DNA from: Myxococcales bacterium
GTDB lineage: Bacteria > Myxococcota_A > Polyangia > Polyangiales > Houyiibacteriaceae
DNA length: 64,000 bases
Direction: 5' to 3'
Assembly: GCA_019637115.1 (NCBI GenBank)
Contig: JAHBWH010000010.1
Location: 18,494-82,493 of the forward strand
Shown: positions 9,901 to 21,580 of the stretch, piece after piece
Position numbering within the stretch: the stretch's first letter is position 1
Layout of the letters: each line of letters starts with the position of its first letter
Translations under genes and position numbers: made by a program
Notes under the pieces: generated by a model
The model's database searches: none
Told to the model about the DNA's origin: nothing
What the model saw: the letters and a program-made list of their open reading frames with translations, nothing else

Positions 9901-10677
9901 GATGACATGCTCGCCCGAGTAGGGGAGCCGTCCGGAGAGCAAGAGGTAGAGAACGCCACCGAGCCCGTACCAGTCGGCCGCCTCGGTGAGCTCTTGGCCG
10001 AGCACCTGCTCGGGGGCCATGAACGCGGGCGTCCCGCGGGCGCGGGTCTCCCCGACCAGGGCGCTCGAACCGCCGAGGTGGGCGGCGAGCCCGAAGTCGA
10101 GGAGGACCACCCGCCCCTCCGGCGTGACGAGCACGTTGCTGGGCTTGATGTCGAGGTGGAGGAAGCCAGCCTCGTGCGTCGCCGCGAGCGCCAGCGTGAG
10201 CTGCGCGAGGGCGACGCGCAGTCGTGGGAGATGCGGGGGGCCGTCGGGGTCCGGCCGGACGAAACGTACCAGATCCGTGCCTTGGACCCACTCCATCGCG
10301 ACGAACCAGGTCTCGCCGTCGACCCCGAGCTCGTAGAGCTCGACGAGGTTCGGGTGCTTCACGCCCGCGAGGGCGCGCAGCTCGTTCTTCAGCGTGGCCA
10401 CGGCCGAGGGATCGACGTCATGGAGCGCCTTGAGGGCGACCTCGCGCCCGGTCTCGCCACAACGCGCACGATAGACGACGCCGAAGCCGCCGACCCCCAC
10501 CCGCTCCAGCAGCTCGTACTTCCCGAGACGGGGGCGCGCGTCGATCGGAGGGAGGACCCGAGGAGGGCGCTGGCGAGTCTGTAGGTCCGACGCGCTCCGC
10601 GGATCGGCGACGAAGGTCGTGACGAGCTTCGAGTCGATGTCGACGAAGTCGGAGGCAGCACGCTCGGAGGCGTCCAT
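6919..10677 (-). CDS. Ser/Thr protein kinase fused to AAA/STAND NTPase and TPR-like region
   Basis: GVGGFGVVY, VALK, HLDIKPSN, DFG, GTPAFMAPE; Walker A GRSGVGKS, Walker B VLAIDD; helical C-terminus. Start uncertain. Confidence 0.9.
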   Translation of the reverse strand: MDASERAASDFVDIDSKLVTTFVADPRSASDLQTRQRPPRVLPPIDARPRLGKYELLERVGVGGFGVVYRARCGETGREVALKALHDVDPSAVATLKNELRALAGVKHPNLVELYELGVDGETWFVAMEWVQGTDLVRFVRPDPDGPPHLPRLRVALAQLTLALAATHEAGFLHLDIKPSNVLVTPEGRVVLLDFGLAAHLGGSSALVGETRARGTPAFMAPEQVLGQELTEAADWYGLGGVLYLLLSGRLPYSGEHVIAIMAQKLLADPEPLEPSVCALDSTLAELAMDLLRRDPSARPSRAEILARLHLGSPSGAEGSRATIVGRDDELASLRRAFEAARDGRVVVHVRGRSGVGKSGLVSAFLAEVCARGDALVSSSRCFRQARLPYQAFDGCMDGVAAALIRWPEEEVAALTSAHVAELTRLFPALAQVPALARSVPERWEDTSPVEARRRAFAGLQELLTRVAGDRVLVLAIDDLQWSDEDSALLMTDLLRVSSLGRVLVVASYREDEAAGPVVRALPRASDGTTQVVHVDVAPLTEAEAAALSASLFGAADAERDLRLARQSRGVPLLLEELVERERTDAFLSTTTARDGVEVEDLILARLARVPPELRAVVELVSVAHRPVAPRVVAEALEETSVDVPLADVLASLGRYHLVRGDDQLEPYHDRTRASVLAQIHPDSLGNRHLTLARALERVGGADPGALAHHYRGAGRTSRAGEYALQAAAAAEHALAFGQAADYYADAARDLAATAPERLPALAQARAVALGNAGRAKEAGDAFLACARDDLARGRELRRLAAEHYLTGAELDLGGEVLASLFEEVGLVFPKSRWRAIAGLVRRMAWLRIRGTTPRGAPTETVPTKTVPTKTVPTKTVPTKTVPIDERERIDLLLAANRGYANFSPILGGYFALEALSRSLRVGYTNGIVRGIDYYGLMTTYAGTERAARRGFRLIEQATALARKTQDPVLVARIGLAEGVAFSAVGRFADAIERLDETAVALSGVAGVSWERSILDNTCLQSLVWLGRLGEARSRVDVVLRRAEQTNDRFSLLIATVIEAKLALAAGRVDDARAQIHEVVSQWRSDELTFQHFFAEKTLVWCELYAGDVGAARRRVAALAPALARSGLLSVQLFKAEASFLEGCVELAAHAAGDADASLSRIDERARWLARTGRPYARGYAAMLRAGVARRKGSSKDEVSAVREASAAFGAAQMTLHAAATLLWHGESTAESPLRGEGVADPARWIRIFLAA
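8027..8107. repeat. in-frame 15-bp tandem repeat (about 5 copies) encoding TVPTK
   Basis: GTCGGCACCGTCTTG repeated; protein PTETVPTKTVPTKTVPTKTVPTKTVPI. Confidence 0.95.
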
Positions 10678-10769
10678 CACGGCACCAGTCACATCAGCCA
10701 CACCCAGCTCCCCCCATATATCAGAGGTGCTGTAGGGTCCGACAGCAAACGCGTGCACAGGAGGGAGAG

Positions 10770-13043
10770 ATGGCCATGGAGACCGACGTCGACGTCCTCA
10801 TCGTGGGGGGCGGCTGGGCAGGCACGAGCGCTGCGCTCGCGCTCCACGAGCACAACCTGAAACACCCGAAGGACGCCCTCCGCTTCGCCCTCCTCGAGGG
10901 CCACGCCGACCGTCTCGGGGGGCGCGCGTATAGCTTCGAACACACCTTCGAGGGCCCGGACGGGAAGCCTCGGAAGACCTCGTTCGAGCACGGCGCCCAG
11001 TACATCGGCCAGGAGCAGAAGGCCATCTGGGGCGTCGTACAAGACGCGATCGCGCGCGGCCTGATCGCCGCCGACGACCTGGTGGACGGCTACGCGGCGC
11101 GCTACCCGTACAAGGAGCAGGTCATGATGGTGGCGGGCCGACGCTACCAATACGACCGCGACCAATGCCTCTTCGGGATCGGTGGGGTGCCCCCAGACCT
11201 CGGGATCTGGGACCTCATCGGCTCGCTCGTGTTCATCCAAGCCGTCGAGGCGTTCGAGCAGGCGATCGACGTGCTCTCGCCGTGGAGCTCGCCCGCGTTC
11301 GTGACCGAGCTCGACCAGGTGACCATGCAGGAGTGGATCGACGGCTTCGGGCTCCCGCCTGGGGCGGCCTCGCTCATGAAGGTCTCGGTCGAGGCCGTCC
11401 TCAGCGTGCAATGCGACCAGGTCTCGGCTTTCTATTTCTTGTGGTACTGCGCCTGCAACGGCGGCTTCCTCAACGAGGTGAACGACGAGCAGGGCGGGCC
11501 GCAGCAGTTCTACTTGGCATGCGGCCTCGACACCCTCATCGATCGCTTGGTCGAGCCCATCCGGGACCGCATCTTCTTCGGCGAGGTCGTGCGCGAGGTC
11601 GAGCACGACCCGCACGGCGTCACCGTCCGCACCGCGAAGGGAACCCACCGCGCGAAGAAGGTCTTGCTCGCGATCTCCCCGGCGAGCGCGGGGCACATCA
11701 CCTTCTCGCCCGAGCTGCCCGCGGCCTGGCAGAAGGTCACGAGCCAGTCGATGGGCGTGACGCTCAAATGCCAGCTCTTCTACCGAACCCCCTTCTGGCG
11801 CAACGTCGACGCGCAGAGCGATCCCGCGCTCGAGGGTGTGCCCCAATACACCGGCTACTGCGGCGCGAACGATTACCCCGTGATCTGGGTGATGGACTAC
11901 AGCCCCGTCGGGGCGGCGCCCGAGTACGCCGACCAAGGCTGCTATTGTCTGATGACCTTCACGATCGGCGACGAGGCGAAGCAGCTCGGCCCGAACCCGA
12001 CGAAGGAGCGCGTCGCGGAGGTCGTGACCGCGGCCGTGTCGAATCTCCTGAACGACGCGCGCGCCCTCTCGACCTCCGACGAGTTCCTCGGGCTCGAGAT
12101 GTTCGAGTGGAGCGAGGGGACACCGCTCATCCCAGGCGGTCCGAACACAGTCTTCGGCCCTGGTATCCTCACCGGAGAGGACGCCCCCGCGAAGGTCTTC
12201 GACCAACCCGTCGGCAAGAACCTCTACTTCGGCTGCGCAGAACTCGCCCGGACCCCGATCGGCGAGCGGACGAGCAAGCTGCCGGTGTTCATCCCGAACT
12301 GGCAGGACTTCGGCCAGACCGGCGTCTACTCCGATTGGCGCGAGAACGTCGGCTACATGGACGGCGCGATCACGTCCGGACGCTACGTCGCGCAGCAGAT
12401 GCTCGTCGACCTCGGGCTCGAGAAGGGGCCGTCGATCCTCGCGCGCATGGAGGCTTGGGCCGAGGAGCTCCTCGCCTACGGAGAAGCGCGCCTCGAAGAT
12501 CTCTTCATGAAGCCGAGCTCGTCCCCGCCGCCGACGGTGACCGAGGCGCAGGTGGTCGCCGTCCTCACGACCCTCTGCGAGAGCCTCTACTCGGCCTCGG
12601 CACCCACGATCGCAGCGTGGCAGGAGAGGCAGTGGAAGAACGACGCCCCCGCCCTCCAGGCGTGGGTCACCGACACGCTCGTGGAGGCGCTCGTGGCCAA
12701 CGGCTTGCTGGACGCGCCCCCGACGCGCCCCGCCGAAGGCTGCGGAATCGGGCGGTCGATCGCGTACATGATCGAGATGGCGGCCTGGTCGCCGAAGTTC
12801 ATGGACGCCGCGGTCGCCTTCACGAAGGCGGGCTACGCCCTCTACGCCGCGTACGAGCCGCCGCGGCACCCGGACGACCCCTACACCTTCAGCGAGGTAG
12901 TCGAGCTCACGCGCGTCGTGAACGCGCTCATGGCGCTGAAGTCGGCCGAGCCCTACCAACCCGGCTGCGACGTGAGCACGCCGGGGCGGCTGCTCTCGGT
13001 GCACGGCGTCCTGCGTGGTGGCGCGGGATCGACTGGCCGTTGA
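10770..13043 (+). CDS. flavin monoamine oxidase family protein with C-terminal extension
   Basis: GGGWAG dinucleotide-binding motif, RLGGR, FEHGAQYIG, GYMDGAITSG; RBS GAGGGAG. Confidence 0.85.
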   Translation: MAMETDVDVLIVGGGWAGTSAALALHEHNLKHPKDALRFALLEGHADRLGGRAYSFEHTFEGPDGKPRKTSFEHGAQYIGQEQKAIWGVVQDAIARGLIAADDLVDGYAARYPYKEQVMMVAGRRYQYDRDQCLFGIGGVPPDLGIWDLIGSLVFIQAVEAFEQAIDVLSPWSSPAFVTELDQVTMQEWIDGFGLPPGAASLMKVSVEAVLSVQCDQVSAFYFLWYCACNGGFLNEVNDEQGGPQQFYLACGLDTLIDRLVEPIRDRIFFGEVVREVEHDPHGVTVRTAKGTHRAKKVLLAISPASAGHITFSPELPAAWQKVTSQSMGVTLKCQLFYRTPFWRNVDAQSDPALEGVPQYTGYCGANDYPVIWVMDYSPVGAAPEYADQGCYCLMTFTIGDEAKQLGPNPTKERVAEVVTAAVSNLLNDARALSTSDEFLGLEMFEWSEGTPLIPGGPNTVFGPGILTGEDAPAKVFDQPVGKNLYFGCAELARTPIGERTSKLPVFIPNWQDFGQTGVYSDWRENVGYMDGAITSGRYVAQQMLVDLGLEKGPSILARMEAWAEELLAYGEARLEDLFMKPSSSPPPTVTEAQVVAVLTTLCESLYSASAPTIAAWQERQWKNDAPALQAWVTDTLVEALVANGLLDAPPTRPAEGCGIGRSIAYMIEMAAWSPKFMDAAVAFTKAGYALYAAYEPPRHPDDPYTFSEVVELTRVVNALMALKSAEPYQPGCDVSTPGRLLSVHGVLRGGAGSTGR

Positions 13044-13245
13044 CGAGATAGGCGCTCGAAGCGCCTCGTTCTTCGGCGGCGCGTCCTCGCGGCTCGTGCA
13101 CCCCGATCCGCGAGCCGAGCGGGCTCACCACCGGAGAACGCCGTTCTTCGGTGGTTCTTCCGCGCCCACCGAGGCCCCCGATCCATGATCCGAGCGTGCG
13201 CAGGAAGCGTGGCCCCGCGCGGGGTCCGCGCTACGCTCGCGCGCG

Positions 13246-13998
13246 ATGGTGGCGTTCGACCGGGTGCGCGCAGCGGGGCTCGTGAAGCTCTACGGGCGGA
13301 CACGCGCGCTCGCCGGGGTGAGCCTCGAGCTCCACGCGGGCGAGGTCACCGTCATCGAGGGGCCGAACGGCTCGGGGAAGTCGACCCTGCTCCAGATCCT
13401 CGCGCTCACCGCGAAGCCCACCGACGGAACCCTGACCTTCGGAGAGCTCGACGCCCGTCGGCACGCGAGCACGCTCCGCCGGCACCTCGGCGTCGTCGCC
13501 CATGCCTCGATGCTCTACCCGGATCTGACGGGCCGCGAGAACGTCCGCCTCTACGCCGCGCTCTTCGGGCTCGAGCGCCCGGGGGCCCGCGCGGCCGAGC
13601 TCTTCGAGCGCTTCGCGATCGGCAGCTTCGGCGACCGGCCGGTGCGCACCTACTCGCGCGGCCAGCTCCAGCGCGTGTCGCTCGCGCGCGCGCTCGTCGC
13701 CGACCCCACGCTGCTCCTGCTCGACGAGCCCTCCACCGGCCTCGACGTCGCCGGCGTGGCGCGCCTCGAGGAGGTCGTGCACGCCGAGCGCGCGCGGGGC
13801 GCCATCGTCGTACTCGTCACCCACGATGGCGGCCTCGCCGCTCGCGTCGCGAGCCGGCGCGTCGCGCTCCAGGGCGGCCGTCTCGTCCCCGCCCCCGAGG
13901 GTCCCCCCTACCGCACCGACCTCGAGGCTCGCTCCCCCGACGGCCATCCCCCCGAGGCCACCGAACGCTCTGCGGCGTCGGCCGAGGAGTCGCGATGA
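13246..13998 (+). CDS. ccmA: heme exporter ABC ATP-binding protein CcmA
   Basis: GPNGSGKST, YSRGQLQR, LLLDEP; ATGA-coupled to ccmB. Confidence 0.85.
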   Translation: MVAFDRVRAAGLVKLYGRTRALAGVSLELHAGEVTVIEGPNGSGKSTLLQILALTAKPTDGTLTFGELDARRHASTLRRHLGVVAHASMLYPDLTGRENVRLYAALFGLERPGARAAELFERFAIGSFGDRPVRTYSRGQLQRVSLARALVADPTLLLLDEPSTGLDVAGVARLEEVVHAERARGAIVVLVTHDGGLAARVASRRVALQGGRLVPAPEGPPYRTDLEARSPDGHPPEATERSAASAEESR

Positions 13999-14672
13999 AG
14001 GCGCTGCTCCGAGGCGCTTGGCTCGTCGCGGCCAAGGATCTGCGCATCGAGCTCCGCACGAAGGAGGTCACGATGACGACGAGCTTCTTCGCCGTCATCG
14101 TCGTGCTGCTCTCCTCGCTCGCCTTCTACCTCGACCGCAACGTCGCCGCCCAGGTCGCTCCGGGCGTCCTCTGGGTCTCCGTGGCCTTCGCGGGGCTGAC
14201 GAGCGTGTTGCGGAGCTGGGGCCGCGAGCGCGAGGAGGACGCGCTCCGCGGCCTGTTGCTCTCGCCGATCCCGCGCGCCTCGATCTTCTTCGGCAAGCTC
14301 CTCGGCAACTTGCTCTTCCTCTTCGCGGTGGAGATCGTGGTCGTCGCGCTCGTCGCGCTCTTCTTCCACCTCGAGCCCGAGCCCCTCCTCCCGACGATCG
14401 CGCTGCTCCTCCTCGGGAGCTTCGGCTTCGTCGCCGCGGGCACGCTCTTCGGCGCGCTCAGCGTCCAGAGCCGGGCGCGCGACCTCGTGATGAGCATCGT
14501 GGTCTTCCCGCTCGTGACCCCTGCCCTCCTCGGAGGCGTCGTCGCGACGCGAGAGCTCTTCGCGGGCGCCACGCTCCCCGAGGTCGTCGCGTGGATTCAG
14601 ATCCTCGGCGCATTCGATCTCGTCTTCGTCGGCGCGGGCTATCTGCTCTTCGACGCCCTGCTCTCGGACTGA
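13995..14672 (+). CDS. ccmB: heme exporter permease CcmB
   Basis: KDLRIELR, APGVLWV, REREEDAL.GLLLSP, FPLVTP; about 6 TM helices. Confidence 0.9.
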   Translation: MKALLRGAWLVAAKDLRIELRTKEVTMTTSFFAVIVVLLSSLAFYLDRNVAAQVAPGVLWVSVAFAGLTSVLRSWGREREEDALRGLLLSPIPRASIFFGKLLGNLLFLFAVEIVVVALVALFFHLEPEPLLPTIALLLLGSFGFVAAGTLFGALSVQSRARDLVMSIVVFPLVTPALLGGVVATRELFAGATLPEVVAWIQILGAFDLVFVGAGYLLFDALLSD

Positions 14673-14831
14673 CGATCTTCGACCTCGCGTCGCCGTCCCT
14701 CTCGCCGGGAGAGCGCACGATCTCCCGTCGCGCGCGGCGCGCGACCTCGCACGGCCCTCACGGGACGCAGAACGGCGCTTTCGTTTGACGCGACGGCATC
14801 CTGGTGGGAGGACGCAGCGACGGGAGGCACC

Positions 14832-15539
14832 GTGAGCGAGGTCGTTCTCAGCGCACGCGACGTGACGAAGGTCTACCGAATGGGCGAGGTCGACGTGCAC
14901 GCGCTCCGCGGCGTCACCCTCGAGCTCGTCGCGGGCGAGCTGCTCGTGCTCCTCGGCGCCTCGGGCAGCGGGAAGTCGACCTTGCTCAACATCCTCGGCG
15001 GGCTCGACAACCCGACCGCCGGCAAGGTCATGTATCAGAAGCAGGATCTCACCGCGGCGAGCGACAAAGCGCTCACCCTCTTCCGCCGCGCGCACGTCGG
15101 CTTCGTCTTCCAGTTCTACAACCTCATCCCCTCGCTCACGGCGCGGGAGAACGTCGCGCTCGTCACCGAGCTCGCGGACGACCCGATGACCCCGGAGGAG
15201 GCGCTCGCGCTGGTCGGCCTCACCGAGCGCCAGGACCACTTCCCCTCGCAGCTCAGTGGCGGCGAGCAGCAGCGCGTCGCGATCGCGCGCGCCGTCGCCA
15301 AACGCCCGAAGATCCTCCTCTGCGACGAGCCGACCGGGGCGCTCGACTACAAGACCGGCGTCAAGGTGCTCGAGGTCATCGAGAAGGTGAACCTCGAGCT
15401 CGGGACCACGACGGCGATCATCACGCACAACGCGCCGGTCGCGGCCATGGCCCAGCGCGTCGTCGCGCTCCACGACGGCCGCATCCAGCGCGAAGAGCTC
15501 AACGAGGCGCGCGTCTCGGCGAGCCAGATCGAGTGGTGA
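14832..15539 (+). CDS. ABC transporter ATP-binding protein (MacB/LolD type)
   Basis: [34 protein letters not shown]. Confidence 0.95.
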   Translation: MSEVVLSARDVTKVYRMGEVDVHALRGVTLELVAGELLVLLGASGSGKSTLLNILGGLDNPTAGKVMYQKQDLTAASDKALTLFRRAHVGFVFQFYNLIPSLTARENVALVTELADDPMTPEEALALVGLTERQDHFPSQLSGGEQQRVAIARAVAKRPKILLCDEPTGALDYKTGVKVLEVIEKVNLELGTTTAIITHNAPVAAMAQRVVALHDGRIQREELNEARVSASQIEW

Positions 15540-15543
15540 GGCG

Positions 15544-17907
15544 ATGTGGCTGCACCCGCTCCGGCGAAAGCTCTTCCGTGACCTGACGACCCTGAAGGGT
15601 CAGATCGTCACGATCGCGCTCGTCGTCGCGTGCGGGGTCGCCGCCCTCGTCACCATGCAGTCCGCGCTGCGCTCGCTGCGCGACGCCCGCGAGACCTTCT
15701 ACGCCGCGAGCGCCTTCGCCGACGTCTTCGTGATGCTCCGCCGTGCGCCCGAGGCCGTCGGCGGACGGCTCGCCGACCTACCCGGCGTTCGCGCGGTCGA
15801 CACCCGCGTGGTCGGGATGGGCACGATCCCGTTCGCCGATCGCTCGGAGCCGGCCCGCGTCACGGTCTCGTCGCTGCCCGGCAGCCTCGGTCGCCTCTAC
15901 CTCCGCGAGGGCCGCCTGCCCGAGCCCGGTCGCAACGACGAGGTCGTCCTGAGCGACGCCTTCGCCGAAGCGAACGAGCTGCGGCCGGGAGCGCGCGTCC
16001 CGCTCGTGGTCGGCGGCGTGCGGCGCAACGTGCAGGTCGTCGGCGTCGGCCTCGGCCCCGAGCACGTGATCGTGATGAACGTCGGCGACATGGCCATGGA
16101 CGCCAAGAAGAGCGGCGTCCTGTGGATGAACCGCGACGCCGCTGAGGCGGCCCTGGACCTCGGCGGCTCCTTCAACCAGGCCGTGCTCTCGACCGTCCCG
16201 GGCTTCGACACGCGCGAGGTCATCGACGGCGTCGACGAGATCGTGCGCCGCTACGGGGGCCTCGGCGCCCACGACCGCGAGCGGCAGATGTCCGACTTCA
16301 TGCTCTCGCAGGAGCTGATGCAGCTCGAGAACATGAGCGCCCAGATCCCGCCGCTCTTCTTGCTCGTCGCCGCTTTCCTGCTGCACGTCGTGCTGACGCG
16401 GCTCGTGCAGCTCCAGCGGGGGCAGATCGCCGCGCTCAAGGCGCTCGGCTACTTCAACCGCGAGATCCTCCAGCACTACCTCGAGCTCGCGAGCGTGATC
16501 GTCGTCCTCGGCGCGACGCTCGGCGTCGGCTTCGGCGCGTGGTTCACGCGAGAGATGATCGGCCTCTACGAGGAGTACTTCCGCTTCCCGACGCTGCGCG
16601 CGACGCTCGACCCCCAGACCGCGATCACGGCGATCCTCGTCGCGACCCTCGCCGGCGTCCTCGGCACCGTCACGAGCGTGCGCTCGGTCCTGAAGCTCAC
16701 CCCCGCCGCCGCGATGCAGCCCCCCGCCCCCGCGCGTTATCGGCGCGGCCTGCTCGATATCGGCTTCTTCTCGCGGCTCATCGGCCCGTCCACCCGCATG
16801 ATCCTGCGCGAGCTGCAGCGCCGGCCGCTGCGCGTCGCGCTCAGCGCGCTCGGCATCGGCGTGGCGGTGGGCCTGATGGTGGTCGCGCGCTTCTTCGGCG
16901 ACGCGATGGACTACCTCGTCGACGTACAGCTCCACGAGTCGCAGCGCTGGGACGCGCAGATCGCCTTCGCCGAGCCTCGCCCGCTGAGCGACCTCCGTGT
17001 CTTCGAGTCGATGCCGGGCGTCTTCCGCGTCCAAGGCCTGCGCGCCGTGCCGATCCGGATCGTCCACGAGCAGCGCTCGCGGCACATCTCCCTCTTCGGG
17101 CACTTCGGCGATCCCGAGCACGCGCTCCAGCGTGTCGTCGGCGCCGCCGGCGTGGCGTTCGAGATGCCCGCCGACGGCGTCTTGCTGACGGATACGCTCG
17201 GGGACCTGCTCGGGGTCGGCCCAGGAGACACCGTCACCCTCGAGATCCTCGAAGGTGATCGCCGGACCCTGCAGGTGCCCGTCGCCGGTCTCGTCGACGA
17301 GCTCTTCGGCCTGCAGGCGCACGCGAGCGCGGACACGCTCCACCGGTGGCTCGGGCAAGAGCCGAGCACAAGCCTCGCCCTCCTCTCGATCGACACCGCC
17401 CAGGCCGAGGCGCTCGACCGCCGCTTCGTCGCCCTTCCTGACGTGATCGGCGTCGCGCACATGGCGCGCGTCCTCCAGCAGTTCCGAGAGCAGAGCGCGC
17501 AGAACATCGGCGTCTTCTCGCTCATCCTCACCCTCTTCGGCGCCGTCATCGCCGTCGGCGTCGTCTACAACAACGCCCGCGTCGCGCTCTCGATGCGCGA
17601 GCGCGAGCTCGCGAGCCTGCGGGTGCTCGGCTTCACCCGCGCCGAGATCAGCACGATCCTCCTCGGCGAGCTCGCGGTGCAGGTCTTCGCCGCGATCCCC
17701 ATCGGGCTCGTCCTCGGGCGCGTTTTCTCCGAGGCGATGGCCAAGAACGTCGACCCCGAGATGTTCCGCTTCCCCGTGATCCTCAGCACGCAGACCTACG
17801 CCTTCGCGGCCGTCGTCACCCTGGCGAGCGCCTTCGTGAGCGCCCTGCTCGTCCGACGCAAGCTCGATCGCCTCGACCTCATCGGCGTCCTCAAGACGCG
17901 CGAGTGA
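15544..17907 (+). CDS. FtsX-like ABC permease (duplicated periplasmic + FtsX halves)
   Basis: QRGQIAALKALGY and RERELASLRVLGF motifs; C-terminal LKTRE. Confidence 0.9.
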   Translation: MWLHPLRRKLFRDLTTLKGQIVTIALVVACGVAALVTMQSALRSLRDARETFYAASAFADVFVMLRRAPEAVGGRLADLPGVRAVDTRVVGMGTIPFADRSEPARVTVSSLPGSLGRLYLREGRLPEPGRNDEVVLSDAFAEANELRPGARVPLVVGGVRRNVQVVGVGLGPEHVIVMNVGDMAMDAKKSGVLWMNRDAAEAALDLGGSFNQAVLSTVPGFDTREVIDGVDEIVRRYGGLGAHDRERQMSDFMLSQELMQLENMSAQIPPLFLLVAAFLLHVVLTRLVQLQRGQIAALKALGYFNREILQHYLELASVIVVLGATLGVGFGAWFTREMIGLYEEYFRFPTLRATLDPQTAITAILVATLAGVLGTVTSVRSVLKLTPAAAMQPPAPARYRRGLLDIGFFSRLIGPSTRMILRELQRRPLRVALSALGIGVAVGLMVVARFFGDAMDYLVDVQLHESQRWDAQIAFAEPRPLSDLRVFESMPGVFRVQGLRAVPIRIVHEQRSRHISLFGHFGDPEHALQRVVGAAGVAFEMPADGVLLTDTLGDLLGVGPGDTVTLEILEGDRRTLQVPVAGLVDELFGLQAHASADTLHRWLGQEPSTSLALLSIDTAQAEALDRRFVALPDVIGVAHMARVLQQFREQSAQNIGVFSLILTLFGAVIAVGVVYNNARVALSMRERELASLRVLGFTRAEISTILLGELAVQVFAAIPIGLVLGRVFSEAMAKNVDPEMFRFPVILSTQTYAFAAVVTLASAFVSALLVRRKLDRLDLIGVLKTRE

Positions 17908-17911
17908 AGCC

Positions 17912-19132
17912 ATGATCCAACCGAAGACCCGCAAGCTCCTCTCCCGCATCGGCACCGCGCTCTTCCTGGGCGCCGTCGCCGCGCTCATCGTGGTCGCCTC
18001 GCTGCCCAAGCCGATCCCCGTCGACGTCGTGACCGTCGCGCGCGGCGCGCTCGAGGTCACGGTCGACGAGGACGGCACGACGCGCGTGAAGGACCGCTAC
18101 GTCGTCAGCGCGCCCCTCGCGGGCACGCTCGGTCGACCCGAGCTCCGCGCGGGCGATCCCGTCAGCGAGGGCTCGGTGATGGCGCGAGTCGAGCCGATGG
18201 CCCCGCAGCTCCTCGACGACCGCAGCCGCGTCCAGGCCGAAGCGCGTCTCGCCGCCGCGCTCGCGGCGCAGCGCCAAGCGCGCGCGTCCGTCGCGCGCGC
18301 GGAGGCCGCCGTCGAGCTCGCGACCTCGACGGGTGCGCGGCAGCGGCAGCTCGCCGAGAGCGGCGGCGTCGCAGCGGCGACCCTCGACCAGACCCGCTTC
18401 GAGGCGCGCGCGCGCGCGGAGGAGCTCACGAGCGCGCGCTTCGGCGTGCGGGTCGCCGATTACGAGGTCCGCATGGCGCAGGCGGTGCTCGGGCGCGTCC
18501 CCGAGGCGCGCGGGCGCAAGCCGCCGGACGAGCCCGCGGAGCAGCTCGAGATCCCGTCGCCGATCGAGGGGCGCGTGCTGCGCGTGCTGCAGACGAGCGA
18601 GGGCGTGGTCCAGCCGGGCACCCCGCTCTTCGAGGTCGGCGACCCCGGCGCGCTCGAGGTGGTGATCGACGTGCTCACGGCCGACGCGGTGCAGATCGCG
18701 CCCGGCGCGCACGTCGAGCTGCTGCGTTGGGGCGGTGCGCCGCTCGAGGGCCGGGTGCAGCGCATCGAGCCGAGCGCCTTCACCCGCGTCAGCGCGCTCG
18801 GGGTCGAAGAGCAGCGCGTCAACGTCGTGGTCGAGATCGTCTCGCCGCGCGAGCAGTGGGAGGCGCTCGGGGACGGCTTCCGCATCGAGGCGCGCATCCG
18901 CGTTTGGCGCGAAGAGGAGATCGTGCGCGTCCCCGCCAGCGCGCTCTTCCGCAGCGGAGACGACTGGGCCGTCTACGTCGTCGAGGACGAGCTCGCGACC
19001 CGTCGCGTGGTCCAGATCGGCCGCCGCAACGGCTTCGAGGCTCAGATCCTCGAGGGACTTCGAGAGGGCGAGGCGATCATCGTCCACCCGAGCGACCAGC
19101 TCACCGAGGGGACGCGCGTCCGGGTGCGCTGA
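17912..19132 (+). CDS. efflux periplasmic adaptor (MFP) subunit
   Basis: N-terminal TM, VSAPLAG and SPIEGRV lipoyl halves around a coiled coil, SALGVEEQRV, GLREGE. Confidence 0.9.
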   Translation: MIQPKTRKLLSRIGTALFLGAVAALIVVASLPKPIPVDVVTVARGALEVTVDEDGTTRVKDRYVVSAPLAGTLGRPELRAGDPVSEGSVMARVEPMAPQLLDDRSRVQAEARLAAALAAQRQARASVARAEAAVELATSTGARQRQLAESGGVAAATLDQTRFEARARAEELTSARFGVRVADYEVRMAQAVLGRVPEARGRKPPDEPAEQLEIPSPIEGRVLRVLQTSEGVVQPGTPLFEVGDPGALEVVIDVLTADAVQIAPGAHVELLRWGGAPLEGRVQRIEPSAFTRVSALGVEEQRVNVVVEIVSPREQWEALGDGFRIEARIRVWREEEIVRVPASALFRSGDDWAVYVVEDELATRRVVQIGRRNGFEAQILEGLREGEAIIVHPSDQLTEGTRVRVR

Positions 19133-19250
19133 CCGTAGAGCGAGGACGCTCGACCCGAGCCACGGGTGAGTGCGCCGACCGGAGAGCGAGCTCGATCGAC
19201 CCGAGCCGCGTGCGCGGGTACGCCGACCGAAGAGAACGCCCGACCCGCGC
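19124..19250. repeat. three degenerate 46-48 bp tandem copies beginning in the MFP stop region
   Basis: gtgcgctgaccgtagag...cgacccgagcc (19124), gtgcgccgaccggagag...cgacccgagcc (19170), gtacgccgaccgaagag...cgacccgcgc (19218). Confidence 0.7.
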
Positions 19251-19332
19251 GACGACGCCGCCTCGCGCCGCCAACCGCGCGCGCCAGCCGTGCGGCGCCG
19301 GAACGTGCGATGCTCCCGCGTGGAGGGGCCGG

Positions 19333-21573
<2,241 letters not shown>

Positions 21574-21580
21574 CGCTCGG

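Noticed and set aside
14832-19132. ABC exporter as the transporter for the spliced peptide or sterols
   Set aside because: 28-40 kb away; a common stand-alone module with no linking evidence.
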